A DNA stretch of 42,907 bases from a virus (Duplodnaviria; Caudoviricetes), in the IMG/VR virus record IMGVR_UViG_3300020403_000024, positions 1 through 42,907 of that record. One strand, written 5' to 3'. Of this stretch, positions 17,582-27,414 are shown one piece after another. How positions within the stretch are numbered: position 1 is the stretch's first letter; every line of letters starts with the position of its first letter. The notes beneath the pieces were generated by a model. That model was not told the DNA's origin and did not search any database. It worked only from the letters and a program-made list of their open reading frames with translations. The translations under genes were made by a program, and so were the position numbers.

Positions 17582-18403
17582 ATGAACGACACAGATAACC
17601 AAGCACAGGTGGCAGAAGGTTCTGACGATTACAATCAGCAAATGGCTGATCGTTACCAGACCCAAGGTGAGGCGCAAACCGATCCTATCGAAGAACTGCC
17701 AGTAAACCCAATACCCGAAGGTGGCTACGATAAGTTTTATAACAAAGACACCGGAAGCTATGATTGGGAGAACCATGCAAAAGAACTTGCATACCGGTTG
17801 CAACAACAGCAACCTAACCAGGACCAGAATGCTAATGACCAACAGACCGACCCGAAGACAGAATCGGAACAGGCAGAGGTCAATAACATCATCACACAAG
17901 CTGGACTCAGCCCAGACGTCTTGCGAAACCAACTTGAGCAAGCGGGAGATCTTACGGATGAACAATTCGCCGCGTTGGAGCGGGTGGGAATTCCTAGAGA
18001 TATCGCGGAAACTTACGTCGATAACTTAAATTACAGACGTGAAGCTACGATGAATGAAGCGCTTGACTACATTGGCGGTGAGCAAGCATGGCGTGATATG
18101 GTTGATTGGGGTTTGCAAAATCTTGAGCAAAGCGAAATCGATACTTATAACAATCTTTTGGCTACAAATGATTGGCGTATCGCGGCAGATGCTATTCGCG
18201 TAAGGATGGGAGATTTAGCGCCTAATAGAACACCAGAGCCACAATTGGTATCTGGTCAGACGCAGAACGGTTCAACCTTTGGATATCGTTCAAAATCTGA
18301 AATGATGGCTGATATGTCTAACCCAGAATATCAAGCAAACCCAGCGTTTAGACAAGAGGTTGCAAGGAAAATGCAATCCGCAACGTGGGATCTCGATAAT
18401 TAA
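17582..18403 (+). CDS. capsid scaffolding protein (gp9-like)
   Basis: Acidic; GYRSKSEMMADMSNPEY...FRQEV C-terminal motif; between portal and capsid. Confidence 0.9.
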   Translation: MNDTDNQAQVAEGSDDYNQQMADRYQTQGEAQTDPIEELPVNPIPEGGYDKFYNKDTGSYDWENHAKELAYRLQQQQPNQDQNANDQQTDPKTESEQAEVNNIITQAGLSPDVLRNQLEQAGDLTDEQFAALERVGIPRDIAETYVDNLNYRREATMNEALDYIGGEQAWRDMVDWGLQNLEQSEIDTYNNLLATNDWRIAADAIRVRMGDLAPNRTPEPQLVSGQTQNGSTFGYRSKSEMMADMSNPEYQANPAFRQEVARKMQSATWDLDN

Positions 18404-18408
18404 AACAA

Positions 18409-18438
18409 GGGGTGGTCTTCGGACTGCCCCTATTTTTT
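18409..18438 (+). terminator. intrinsic terminator after scaffold
   Basis: GGGGTGGTC-TTCG-GACTGCCCC (cUUCGg loop) followed by TATTTTTT. Confidence 0.8.
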
Positions 18439-18579
18439 GTGCATTTTGAGGACACTTCTGCCCGATAAATATAGGCATGGTACGCCAGTAAGTAGGTCAG
18501 ACCCGATACGTCGGATAATCTGTGCATGAAAACGGTAACGCCAAAACTCAACTTTAATTAACGACTAGGAGAAAATGTT

Positions 18580-19572
18580 ATGGCTACAGGTCAGGCATCG
18601 AGTCCAGTCCGTTTTGGTAAGGGCCAATCTAATCCGGTTGATAATCGATCCCTTTATTTGGACGTATTTGGTGGCGAGGTCATCACTGCGTTCGATAATG
18701 CGACCGTTACTCTGGATAAGCACACGGTTAAATCCCTAAGCGGCGGGGCTAAATCTTACCGTTTTCCTAAGACTTGGAAAGCGGAAGCTGAATATCATAC
18801 ACCCGGCACAGAGTTGCTTGGTAATGATTTCACAACTGGTGAACTCACCATTAACGTTGACGACATTCTTGTCTCACACTATGCGATTGCAGACTTAGAC
18901 CGAATCTTGTCTCACTATGACATGAGGTCAATCATCTCTGGCGAGATGGGTCGCGCACTTGCAAAAGTGTTCGATAAGAACGTATTCCGTCAACTTATTC
19001 TAGCAGCTCGTCAAGCAGCTTCATCCCCATTCCCGGGCGGTGAAAGCATCACTGATGCATCTTTGGCTGCAACGAATAGTGTTTACAGTGGTATCGATTG
19101 GATCGACGCCATTCGTGACGCAAACATCAGACTGTTTAATAAAGACGTACCAGAAGACATGCCAAGGTTCTTGGCGGTCACCACTGAAATCTTTGACGCC
19201 ATCAAGTACGCCAAAGATAGCAATGGTCAGTACCTCGTATTGAACAGGGATTTCCAAGCTGACGTGGCGGGTGGTATTTCATCACGCGCTGAAACTATCA
19301 AGATTGATGGTGTGACTATTGTTAAGTCACGCAACATCCCAGCTACAGACGAAAGTGCATCAACAGATGTATTCTCTAAGTATCGTGGCGACTACTCAAA
19401 CACCGTTGGTGTTATGTGGTGTCCACAAGCTGTTGCAACCGTCAAACTGATGGATATCAGCATGGAGACAGAGCGCGATGTTCGTAGACTTGAAGACTTT
19501 ATGGTCAGCAAGATGTTCGTCGGACATGGCACTATGCGTCCAGAGATGGCTGTTGAATTCAAGACTGCCTAA
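18580..19572 (+). CDS. major capsid protein (gp10-like)
   Basis: LYLDVFGGEVITAF, GKSxxFP-like AKSYRFP, GEMGRALAKVFD, GHGTMRPE; AGGAG RBS. Confidence 0.96.
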   Translation: MATGQASSPVRFGKGQSNPVDNRSLYLDVFGGEVITAFDNATVTLDKHTVKSLSGGAKSYRFPKTWKAEAEYHTPGTELLGNDFTTGELTINVDDILVSHYAIADLDRILSHYDMRSIISGEMGRALAKVFDKNVFRQLILAARQAASSPFPGGESITDASLAATNSVYSGIDWIDAIRDANIRLFNKDVPEDMPRFLAVTTEIFDAIKYAKDSNGQYLVLNRDFQADVAGGISSRAETIKIDGVTIVKSRNIPATDESASTDVFSKYRGDYSNTVGVMWCPQAVATVKLMDISMETERDVRRLEDFMVSKMFVGHGTMRPEMAVEFKTA

Positions 19573-19580
19573 TCATTATC

Positions 19581-19613
19581 GGGAGGGTCACAATGTGGCT
19601 CTCCCTATTTTTT
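19581..19613 (+). terminator. T-phi-like terminator after capsid
   Basis: GGGAGGGTCAC-AAT-GTGGCTCTCCC followed by TATTTTTT. Confidence 0.85.
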
Positions 19614-19626
19614 ACAGGAGATTTGA

Positions 19627-20226
19627 ATGGCTTTAACAAAATTAGAAGCCGTGAATATCGTCCTCGATGCCATCGGTGAATCACCAGTATCATCGCTCAC
19701 CTCTGGTTTGCCTGATGCCGAAGCAGCCGAAGCAAAGCTAGACGAGGTTCGCACAGAGATACTATCCAGAGGATGGCATCAAAACATGGAAAAAGAGGTA
19801 ACGTTGAGGCGTGACGCTAACAACAACATCCTCATCTCAAACACTTACTTGCGAGTGGACACTGCCGGTGACGATAAAGATAAGAACGTTGTGCAGAGAA
19901 CCACATCAGGTAAGCGTATGCTGTTTGACGTTAAGAACAGAACATACACGTTTGATACAGATTTAGTCTGTGACGTCATTGTCGATATACCATTCGACGA
20001 ATTGACTATTGAATTACAAAATTACATTGCATCGAGAGCGGCGCGTAAGTTTCAAGAATCCGCACTAGGCTCTGCATCGCTAGATAGTTTTACTGTCAGG
20101 GCTGAAGCAGAAGCGTGGTCTGGTCTACAAGACGCCGAAGCTGAGAACGAAGATAACAATATCATTCGAGAAAGCCCTCACGTTGCTAATGCAACATACC
20201 GACATCATCCGTATTGGGGGAGATAA
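19627..20226 (+). CDS. tail tubular protein A (gp11-like)
   Basis: LEAVNIVLDAIGESPV, SRGWHQN, YIASRAARKF. Confidence 0.93.
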   Translation: MALTKLEAVNIVLDAIGESPVSSLTSGLPDAEAAEAKLDEVRTEILSRGWHQNMEKEVTLRRDANNNILISNTYLRVDTAGDDKDKNVVQRTTSGKRMLFDVKNRTYTFDTDLVCDVIVDIPFDELTIELQNYIASRAARKFQESALGSASLDSFTVRAEAEAWSGLQDAEAENEDNNIIRESPHVANATYRHHPYWGR

Positions 20227-20229
20227 CAA

Positions 20230-22560
20230 ATGGGCAAACTAGTCGAACAGAGTATCAAGACTATGTACCAAGGGGTGTCGCGTCAGCCCGACCCTGTTCG
20301 ACTGCCGGGTCAGGTTGAAGAAGCTGACAACATCCTTGTATCGATTGTTACTGGTGGTATCGAAAGCCGACCATCATCGAGACACATTACAGAAATTACA
20401 AGTCTATCTGATACAGACAATCCGGCGATCTACGCGTATTCCCGGGATGCTGTTGAGCGTTATATGATTATTATCAATGATCAAGATCTGAAAGTGTATG
20501 ACTTAGACGGTCAAGAACAGACTGTAAACTTTCCAGACGGCAAGGCATATCTTGCGTCTACAAATGAGGTAGATGACTTTAGTTTTGTTACGATTGCTGA
20601 CTTTACGATTATCGCTAACGCACAGATCCAATCTGCGATGGCAACATCAACTTATGTGCCTCAATATCGCGCGCTTATCAATTGCCGTACTACAAATACA
20701 CAAACGACTTATAAGCTAGACATTAGTATTAACGGTGGTGCTTTTACTAACCGCTGGACAAACGCTGTAACAACAGCGCTGTCAAATACACAGTTAGCTG
20801 ATAACGTATTTAATAACTTCAGTTTGCCTAGTGGTTTCACTAAATCACGAATAGGTGAGACTATCATTATCACAGGCAACCAGCCGTTCGAAATACGTCA
20901 CCAAGGTACAGACGCAACATACGGTCCTTGGGCAATGACAGATACTATACCACAACGTGAGTATTTACCATCCGCAGCGCCAGACGATTATTACATTCGT
21001 GTTGGTCAAAACATCGATGGTGACCAGTTTGGTTATTGGGCTAAGTTCGATAGCGACGAAGGTGGTTGGATTGAAAGTGTAAACCCTAGTGAAGACAATG
21101 CGTTTGATTTATCAACTATGCCTCACTTCCTAATTCGTGAAGCAAACGGCACATTCACTTTTCGTGAAGGTGATTATGTAGACCGTATTTCTGGTGACGA
21201 CGAAATTGTACCACCACCAGACTTTATTGGTAACGGTATTGAAGCTGTAGCTTTTCACCGTAACAGGCTTGTGTTTGTGTCTGGTGAAAGTGTGAACTTT
21301 AGTCAGGCGGGTAAGTACTTTACCTTCTGGCCCGACTTCTCAACACAAACGCTTGACTCTGACGGCTTTGGATTGACAGCGTCTTCGGAAACAGTAAACG
21401 ATTTGAAACACGCTGTTGGCTTCCGTAAGGCTCTATTCTTAACATCAAACAAAGCACAGTTTGAGGTTGCGGGTTCTGCCATCCTGTCACCAAAAACAGC
21501 GACAGTGGACCTGGCGACTACATATCTAACAGAAGAACGGTGTAAGCCAATCACGTTAGGTAACAAGTTGTACTTTGCTGCAAAGTCAGGACGTGACGCG
21601 ATTGTGTTCGAATATCAGTTCTCAGACGCATCTGTGTCTAACGTGGCATCTGATATTACACTTCACGCCTTGGGTTACATCCCAGCGCCTATCGAGCGTA
21701 TGGCTGGTGACCCAACAAACGACATGCTTATGTTGCTCACAGAACGTGAGCCCAACGCTTTGTACATATATAAGATGTATGAAGACGGTGGTGCAAAAGC
21801 ACAGTCAGCGTGGGCGCGGTGGACATATGGTGCAGACTCTAAAATTAAATGGATGGAAGTGATCGATGGCGAATTATTCATGGTACTCTCGCGGGAGAAC
21901 GGAACAGTCTTCTTTGAGAAAACATTCCTCAGATATGAATTGTCTTCCGAAAAGCATCCATATCAGTTGTCTATGGACAGGCAAGTCAAAGTCACTGGAA
22001 CATATGATGTCAACACCAACCTCACAACGTGGACAGTACCTTATAACCATAACAACGCATCGTCCGTGGTTTTATCGACTGATTTCCCCGCTGGTCAAGT
22101 TGGTGAGGTTCTCGCTATCAACTTCCCCACGTCAACCACAATTACGACCGTGGGTAACTACGAAGCTGGGGATGCGATTATTGGGCAGACATTCACGTCT
22201 TCGGTAATCTTATCGAAACTTTATCCGCGTGACCCGAACAACTTGCGTATCGCAATTACGTCTGGTCGCTTTCAACTGAGAACCATTGCGTTTAACTTTA
22301 AAGAGACAGGTTATTTCCAAGTAGACATAACGCCGGAGTTTAGACCGACAAAGACCTTCCAGTTTACTGGTCGTATTATCGGTCGAGGTACATCAAGAGT
22401 TGGTGTCGCCCCAGTTGAGGAACTTGGTCAGTTTAAGATACCTGTCAGGGCGAATGCTAGCGCAGTGGAAATCCGAATACACAACAGTACTGAGAAACCG
22501 GTGAACATTATGTCCATCGACTATACAGGCTACTTCAACGAAATAACACGACAGGGGTGA
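20230..22560 (+). CDS. tail tubular protein B (gp12-like)
   Basis: GVSRQPD, TMPHFL, FHRNRL, QSAWARW. Confidence 0.93.
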   Translation: MGKLVEQSIKTMYQGVSRQPDPVRLPGQVEEADNILVSIVTGGIESRPSSRHITEITSLSDTDNPAIYAYSRDAVERYMIIINDQDLKVYDLDGQEQTVNFPDGKAYLASTNEVDDFSFVTIADFTIIANAQIQSAMATSTYVPQYRALINCRTTNTQTTYKLDISINGGAFTNRWTNAVTTALSNTQLADNVFNNFSLPSGFTKSRIGETIIITGNQPFEIRHQGTDATYGPWAMTDTIPQREYLPSAAPDDYYIRVGQNIDGDQFGYWAKFDSDEGGWIESVNPSEDNAFDLSTMPHFLIREANGTFTFREGDYVDRISGDDEIVPPPDFIGNGIEAVAFHRNRLVFVSGESVNFSQAGKYFTFWPDFSTQTLDSDGFGLTASSETVNDLKHAVGFRKALFLTSNKAQFEVAGSAILSPKTATVDLATTYLTEERCKPITLGNKLYFAAKSGRDAIVFEYQFSDASVSNVASDITLHALGYIPAPIERMAGDPTNDMLMLLTEREPNALYIYKMYEDGGAKAQSAWARWTYGADSKIKWMEVIDGELFMVLSRENGTVFFEKTFLRYELSSEKHPYQLSMDRQVKVTGTYDVNTNLTTWTVPYNHNNASSVVLSTDFPAGQVGEVLAINFPTSTTITTVGNYEAGDAIIGQTFTSSVILSKLYPRDPNNLRIAITSGRFQLRTIAFNFKETGYFQVDITPEFRPTKTFQFTGRIIGRGTSRVGVAPVEELGQFKIPVRANASAVEIRIHNSTEKPVNIMSIDYTGYFNEITRQG

Positions 22561-22564
22561 TAAT

Positions 22565-23128
22565 ATGTGCATGACACTTATGGTGGCTTCACTCGCGATG
22601 TCAGCCGTGGCGGGTATGAGCGCGATGAATCAAGCCAACAAAGCTGCTGGACGAGCAGCCCAGCAAGCGCAAGATTCGTACAAAATGGCTGAAGCCAACA
22701 CGAAAGCTAAATACGCCGAAACTAATAGAAAGATCGCTGAAAGCCAGATAGACGCATTCGATGAAAAGTCTGACAAAATTAGAGAAGCTAATTATGCGCT
22801 AGGAACATTTAGGGCATCCGAAACGTCATTAAGTGATGCGTCGCTAGGTACAATCTTCTTTGAACAATTGTACGGTGACAGTCTAGATTATGTGCGATTG
22901 GATCGAAATGCTCAACGTGAGTTTCAAGCGTTAGAATCTGAAAAGACAGGCGCAGAGATACAGTACATCAATGAGACAACAATGGCTCAGAATCAAGCTG
23001 ACAACCAAATACGAGAAGCTAACGCAAGACGGTCGCAAGCATTTATGAATATGATTGGGTCAGGCTTACAGATTGGTACTGGTTACTATAATCAACAACA
23101 AACTCTTCAAGCGATAAGGACGTCATAA
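22565..23128 (+). CDS. internal virion protein (gp14-like)
   Basis: MC start, Ala/Gln-rich helical sequence with hydrophobic ends; synteny. Confidence 0.75.
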   Translation: MCMTLMVASLAMSAVAGMSAMNQANKAAGRAAQQAQDSYKMAEANTKAKYAETNRKIAESQIDAFDEKSDKIREANYALGTFRASETSLSDASLGTIFFEQLYGDSLDYVRLDRNAQREFQALESEKTGAEIQYINETTMAQNQADNQIREANARRSQAFMNMIGSGLQIGTGYYNQQQTLQAIRTS

Positions 23129-25626
23129 TGGTACAAAGAACACCTAATGTCCTGTCGCAAACTGCTAGCGCAAAAGGCGGCATGGCGACAGTAAAAAACA
23201 AGCGATTCCAAAACGTACAGGTTTCGCAAATATCTCCATCTGCCGGGCTAAACCCTTTTGCTGGGGATCTAACAAATGCGTTTAACAGCTTCTTTGGACA
23301 GGTGTCTAAGTCTATCGATAATCTTCAGCAAGCTGAGTTTACAAAAGACAAGATTGAAGCTAAACGATTTGCATTAGAAAAACGTCAGCAAGCAAGTGTT
23401 GACGCTCGAAATGCATTTGAAAGTGGTCAGTACAAATCACTAGAAGATGCTAAGAAAGCAAACCAAAGCGAATACAAAGATGAGTATGGCTACGGTCAGG
23501 CTTTTGAAGAAAGCTATGGTCAAGCAACTGGCGGTAAAATGTGGGCTGACTTTGAAGTTGCCTCTGCCAACGTTGCGCCAGAACAATTCGAATCATTTGC
23601 TAACGATTGGTGGGAAAAGAACTACGCTGACGGAATCGGTAGTGCTACTGCCGACCTTCAAGTACAGGCAGCGTGGCAAAAGAACTACCAGCAAAAGCGT
23701 GTAAGCATGGCTCTCAAGGCTGTAGAAAATCAGCGTGAGACAGCTTTGGTTGCCGCACAGAACGCGGCGCAGACAATTGTCAAAACACCGGGCGGTTACG
23801 GCTACCAAGAATTCTATGAATTAAAACGCAAAGTTGGTGCTATCAACCCAACGTTACCTGACGGTAAAGTTAGAGCAGCGACACTTGACTTACTTATGAG
23901 TGCGTCTGTTGCTAACGGTAAGGTCGGTACACAAAACTTTCTAGCGTTTCTAGATCGTCCAGACCATTCCGGTGCGGATAACGTAACTGATGTTTCTTCC
24001 CCTAGTCTAGCAGAACGCTTTCCACAAGACGTGGCTGCGCTCAAGCAAAAGACTTATCAGTTGATGCAAAACTATGTGACTGTCGAGGGAGTTGAGGCTG
24101 TTACCAGATTTAACAAAGACCTGACGACAGTGCTTAACGAAACTCAAGGCAACGTTGATGAACGTATTGCTAAGTTGAGCGACCTATCTACCAACATGGG
24201 TGGTCTACTAAATACGCCCGGCGTCAACATGACGATGATTGGTACAGCTAGAGCCGAAGTTGCAAAGCATTTGACTGAAGCTACAAAGTTAAAGCTGGGT
24301 ATGAATCGTGTTGACCAATTTGTTAAAGGTGGTGGCAACGTCTTACCGCACCCATCATTAACTACAGACTCCGTTAAGGAATTGATGCCTAAGATTATGG
24401 GTCAACCTAGATATAACTTTCTAGCAGACAAAAGCATGGCGATTAACGCTGGCAACATGTTGAATGAAGTTGTGCAAAGATTTGGATTAGATGCCGTTGA
24501 CGACGACACTAAGCAAATGATTAAAGCTGGTCTTATGTCAGACAACCCACAACAGGTCGAAGCATCTTTAGAAGTTTTGTCTGTAATTGATCCGACATAT
24601 CAGATTGCATCTAAGATGTTTTCAGAAGACCAAGACGTTCTCAATATGTTTACCGTAAACTCTGACGGATCTTTATCAGTTGACGCACAAGACGCAACTA
24701 GTCCCGGGGTGTTAGCAGCTAAAGATTTCGTAAGAGAAACTGGTATTGAACAAATCATTACCGGTGAAACTGATAAAAAGAAACAAGCCTCTGGTATGGA
24801 AGACTTTATCACTAAGGTTGTCGAAAGAACTGAAGAAGCTAAAGATATGGACAATTGGGGTACAGCCGACGTCAACCCTGAAGCGCGTGAGATTATTATG
24901 AGCATCACGGCAGATGCTACGGCTAAGATGTTAAATCAAAATGGCGCTATTGATCGAGACAAGTTAGCAAAGATTGTTGCTCAACGTGTTGCTCCGCAAC
25001 TAGTGTTCAACGAAGGTTCATTACAGAAACGTGGGTCAGTTACAGGGCTTATACCTGTTGATAACATGGTGCCGCGTATGGACGGCACTGGTGGTTATGA
25101 AAATGTCATTGGAAATATGAATGAAGCTGCGGATAGCATTCCACTTGGTCTGACTAATATTCGTCTAAATAACGGCACGTTGTTAGAAGATGGTGATCAA
25201 ATTTCTGTGAACTACAACAGAACTATGGGTATGGATAACGTTTATGAAGTTGTAAATAGTGACGGCGTAAACCTTGTGCTACCTATCAACGGTGCGGAAA
25301 TTATTGGCGCGCTTCAGTATGACGAGAACTTCAAGCCATACGGCATGTTTAACTTTGAAGAAGACGATGAGCGTCGATTTAAGCTAACCGGTAATGTTGT
25401 TGAAGACGAGTTAATACTAAAACGTTTCATACATCCAGCGGTTCGCATTTTACCTATGATGCGTGATGGTAAAGCTACTGCGTATCGTATAGGTGTCGAA
25501 CCACACTTTAACGACTACAACGGTGAGTATATGACTTACGCTAAACTAAAAGCACTAGGACAAGCTAAGAACTGGACGCCAACAATTAACCAAGGGTCAA
25601 ACAGTATAGACCCTAATTTCCCATAA
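23128..25626 (+). CDS. internal virion protein (gp15-like position)
   Basis: 832 aa, largely helical, TAATG-coupled; synteny only. Confidence 0.7.
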   Translation: MVQRTPNVLSQTASAKGGMATVKNKRFQNVQVSQISPSAGLNPFAGDLTNAFNSFFGQVSKSIDNLQQAEFTKDKIEAKRFALEKRQQASVDARNAFESGQYKSLEDAKKANQSEYKDEYGYGQAFEESYGQATGGKMWADFEVASANVAPEQFESFANDWWEKNYADGIGSATADLQVQAAWQKNYQQKRVSMALKAVENQRETALVAAQNAAQTIVKTPGGYGYQEFYELKRKVGAINPTLPDGKVRAATLDLLMSASVANGKVGTQNFLAFLDRPDHSGADNVTDVSSPSLAERFPQDVAALKQKTYQLMQNYVTVEGVEAVTRFNKDLTTVLNETQGNVDERIAKLSDLSTNMGGLLNTPGVNMTMIGTARAEVAKHLTEATKLKLGMNRVDQFVKGGGNVLPHPSLTTDSVKELMPKIMGQPRYNFLADKSMAINAGNMLNEVVQRFGLDAVDDDTKQMIKAGLMSDNPQQVEASLEVLSVIDPTYQIASKMFSEDQDVLNMFTVNSDGSLSVDAQDATSPGVLAAKDFVRETGIEQIITGETDKKKQASGMEDFITKVVERTEEAKDMDNWGTADVNPEAREIIMSITADATAKMLNQNGAIDRDKLAKIVAQRVAPQLVFNEGSLQKRGSVTGLIPVDNMVPRMDGTGGYENVIGNMNEAADSIPLGLTNIRLNNGTLLEDGDQISVNYNRTMGMDNVYEVVNSDGVNLVLPINGAEIIGALQYDENFKPYGMFNFEEDDERRFKLTGNVVEDELILKRFIHPAVRILPMMRDGKATAYRIGVEPHFNDYNGEYMTYAKLKALGQAKNWTPTINQGSNSIDPNFP

Positions 25627-25635
25627 GGAGTAACT

Positions 25636-27405
25636 ATGGCTGGAATAAATGAATTCCTCGCTGGGCGAGGTCAGGACATACAGCCAGTTAATCTGGATGG
25701 TATAACGTCCGAAACTGAAATGAACCAAACGCTGTTCTCTCATGCACAACAAAAACTACGCGTTGGTGGCTATGTGTCACCAACCGAAGGTGCAATCAAG
25801 CCGGTTACTTTTGGTAACAACATGGACGCTAATCTAACTGCTTTGCAGAACAGCGTCTTGAATTACAAAGGTCCTGCCGGTTTTGACGATGATAATGCTG
25901 ATTACAAGAAATCACGTTACGACTTTATCACGGCTGAAGAAGACTATAGATCGACAGCTTATAATTTGTTTGGCGTGAAACATATTGCTAACGGTATCAA
26001 TCTGGACGCGAACAAAGATTTGGTTATGGATGTCCTTAAATTAAATGAAAGTCAATTCTCAGATATTTACAACGGCAAAACCCGCATCGATGATCGTCAA
26101 GGACGTGCGTTGTTCGAACGTGCTATCCAAGATGCTGAGAGAGTGGTCGCGCAAAAACTAGAAGGAGTACCATTAAATGCTTCACAGCGTATTGCTTTGG
26201 TCAGCCTCGCCTATAACGCACCGGCCCTCATTGGTCCGAATTTGGTTAAGGCAGTTAAAGCTGGCGATGCATCAGCGATTTCATACGAAATCCTCAACAA
26301 ATCAAACGGCGGTAAAATCAAAGCACTCGACGCTAGACGGAAACGTGAACACGACATGTTCTTCGGCTATGACGACAAGTGGACTTCGGTCAACAAAGGT
26401 GATGATCTAAGAAACAGTGGTTTTAGTTTTGCTAGCATTTTTGGGATTAAACCGGCTGCAGCATCAACACTAAATCCAGCCGGTCAGATAGATATGTATG
26501 AACCTGTGGAGAGCCAACAGCCTAACAAGTTGCTGTCAGCAATTGTGGTTGGTGGTCACGAACATGAGGTGGTCGAAGGTAGGGGCATACGTCCTGACGT
26601 TACAGTCGAGCCCCTTGTTCCCGGCACAGGTAAAACACTAGATGAAATCGTGCCGGACATACCTGTACCAAAGCCAAGACCAAAGTCTGTCGAGGCTAAG
26701 TATAAAGAAAGAGGGATTACTAGAGACACTGACCCTATCAAGTGGACGTCGTTAGAAGATGTCACGCGGGAAGTGTTTCCAACTTTCTTTGGGTTTTTAG
26801 GTAACAGTATGATAGGTAAAGCTAGAGCGCCAGCGCCCGGTCGTGCATTCATGCAATATAAAGCAGAGAAGATGACAGGCGTAAACTTAGAAACAGAAGT
26901 GTATGGTAACGACTATTTCAATCCAAACGAAATAGACACACTAAAGAACTTTGTGATGTGGCTAGAAAGCCAAGGTAAAACCTCTGCACAATATTCTGAC
27001 TATGACACATTCTTTGGCATTCGTAATGTAAACGGTATGTACTTGTCTGAGATTGTAGGCAGTGCCGACGGTATCAATCGTATCCAAGCTGAATATAAAA
27101 AGCGTGGCATCAAGCGTCCATCTGACCTTGAGTTACACGCCGCAGCTTACGGTGAAAGAACAGAAGGTATGGGCAAGTGGATGGCTATGGTTGACTTAGC
27201 GATGGATAGTACCGATCCGGTCCTGGCTTTAGGTCTAACGATTGGTCGCTTCTCGTTTAAGAAGGACGAGAACGGTAAATATGTTATCGAAGACACCTAC
27301 GACTTTACCGGCATGAAGAAACGTAAAGCTGCTTACCATGCGGTAAGGGGCGAACAGGATGATCGTGGTAAGAAACCAGCGTTCAAATTCAAACTTGTAT
27401 TTTAG
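25636..27405 (+). CDS. internal virion protein with GH24 lysozyme-like domain
   Basis: FITAEEDYRSTAY...G..HIANG, LNASQRIALVSLAYN, RRKREHDMF. Confidence 0.8.
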   Translation: MAGINEFLAGRGQDIQPVNLDGITSETEMNQTLFSHAQQKLRVGGYVSPTEGAIKPVTFGNNMDANLTALQNSVLNYKGPAGFDDDNADYKKSRYDFITAEEDYRSTAYNLFGVKHIANGINLDANKDLVMDVLKLNESQFSDIYNGKTRIDDRQGRALFERAIQDAERVVAQKLEGVPLNASQRIALVSLAYNAPALIGPNLVKAVKAGDASAISYEILNKSNGGKIKALDARRKREHDMFFGYDDKWTSVNKGDDLRNSGFSFASIFGIKPAAASTLNPAGQIDMYEPVESQQPNKLLSAIVVGGHEHEVVEGRGIRPDVTVEPLVPGTGKTLDEIVPDIPVPKPRPKSVEAKYKERGITRDTDPIKWTSLEDVTREVFPTFFGFLGNSMIGKARAPAPGRAFMQYKAEKMTGVNLETEVYGNDYFNPNEIDTLKNFVMWLESQGKTSAQYSDYDTFFGIRNVNGMYLSEIVGSADGINRIQAEYKKRGIKRPSDLELHAAAYGERTEGMGKWMAMVDLAMDSTDPVLALGLTIGRFSFKKDENGKYVIEDTYDFTGMKKRKAAYHAVRGEQDDRGKKPAFKFKLVF

Positions 27406-27414
27406 GAGTAATCA

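Noticed and set aside
19540-19626. T7 10B-style capsid frameshift extension
   Set aside because: No slippery site recognised; terminator and tail tube gene follow at once.
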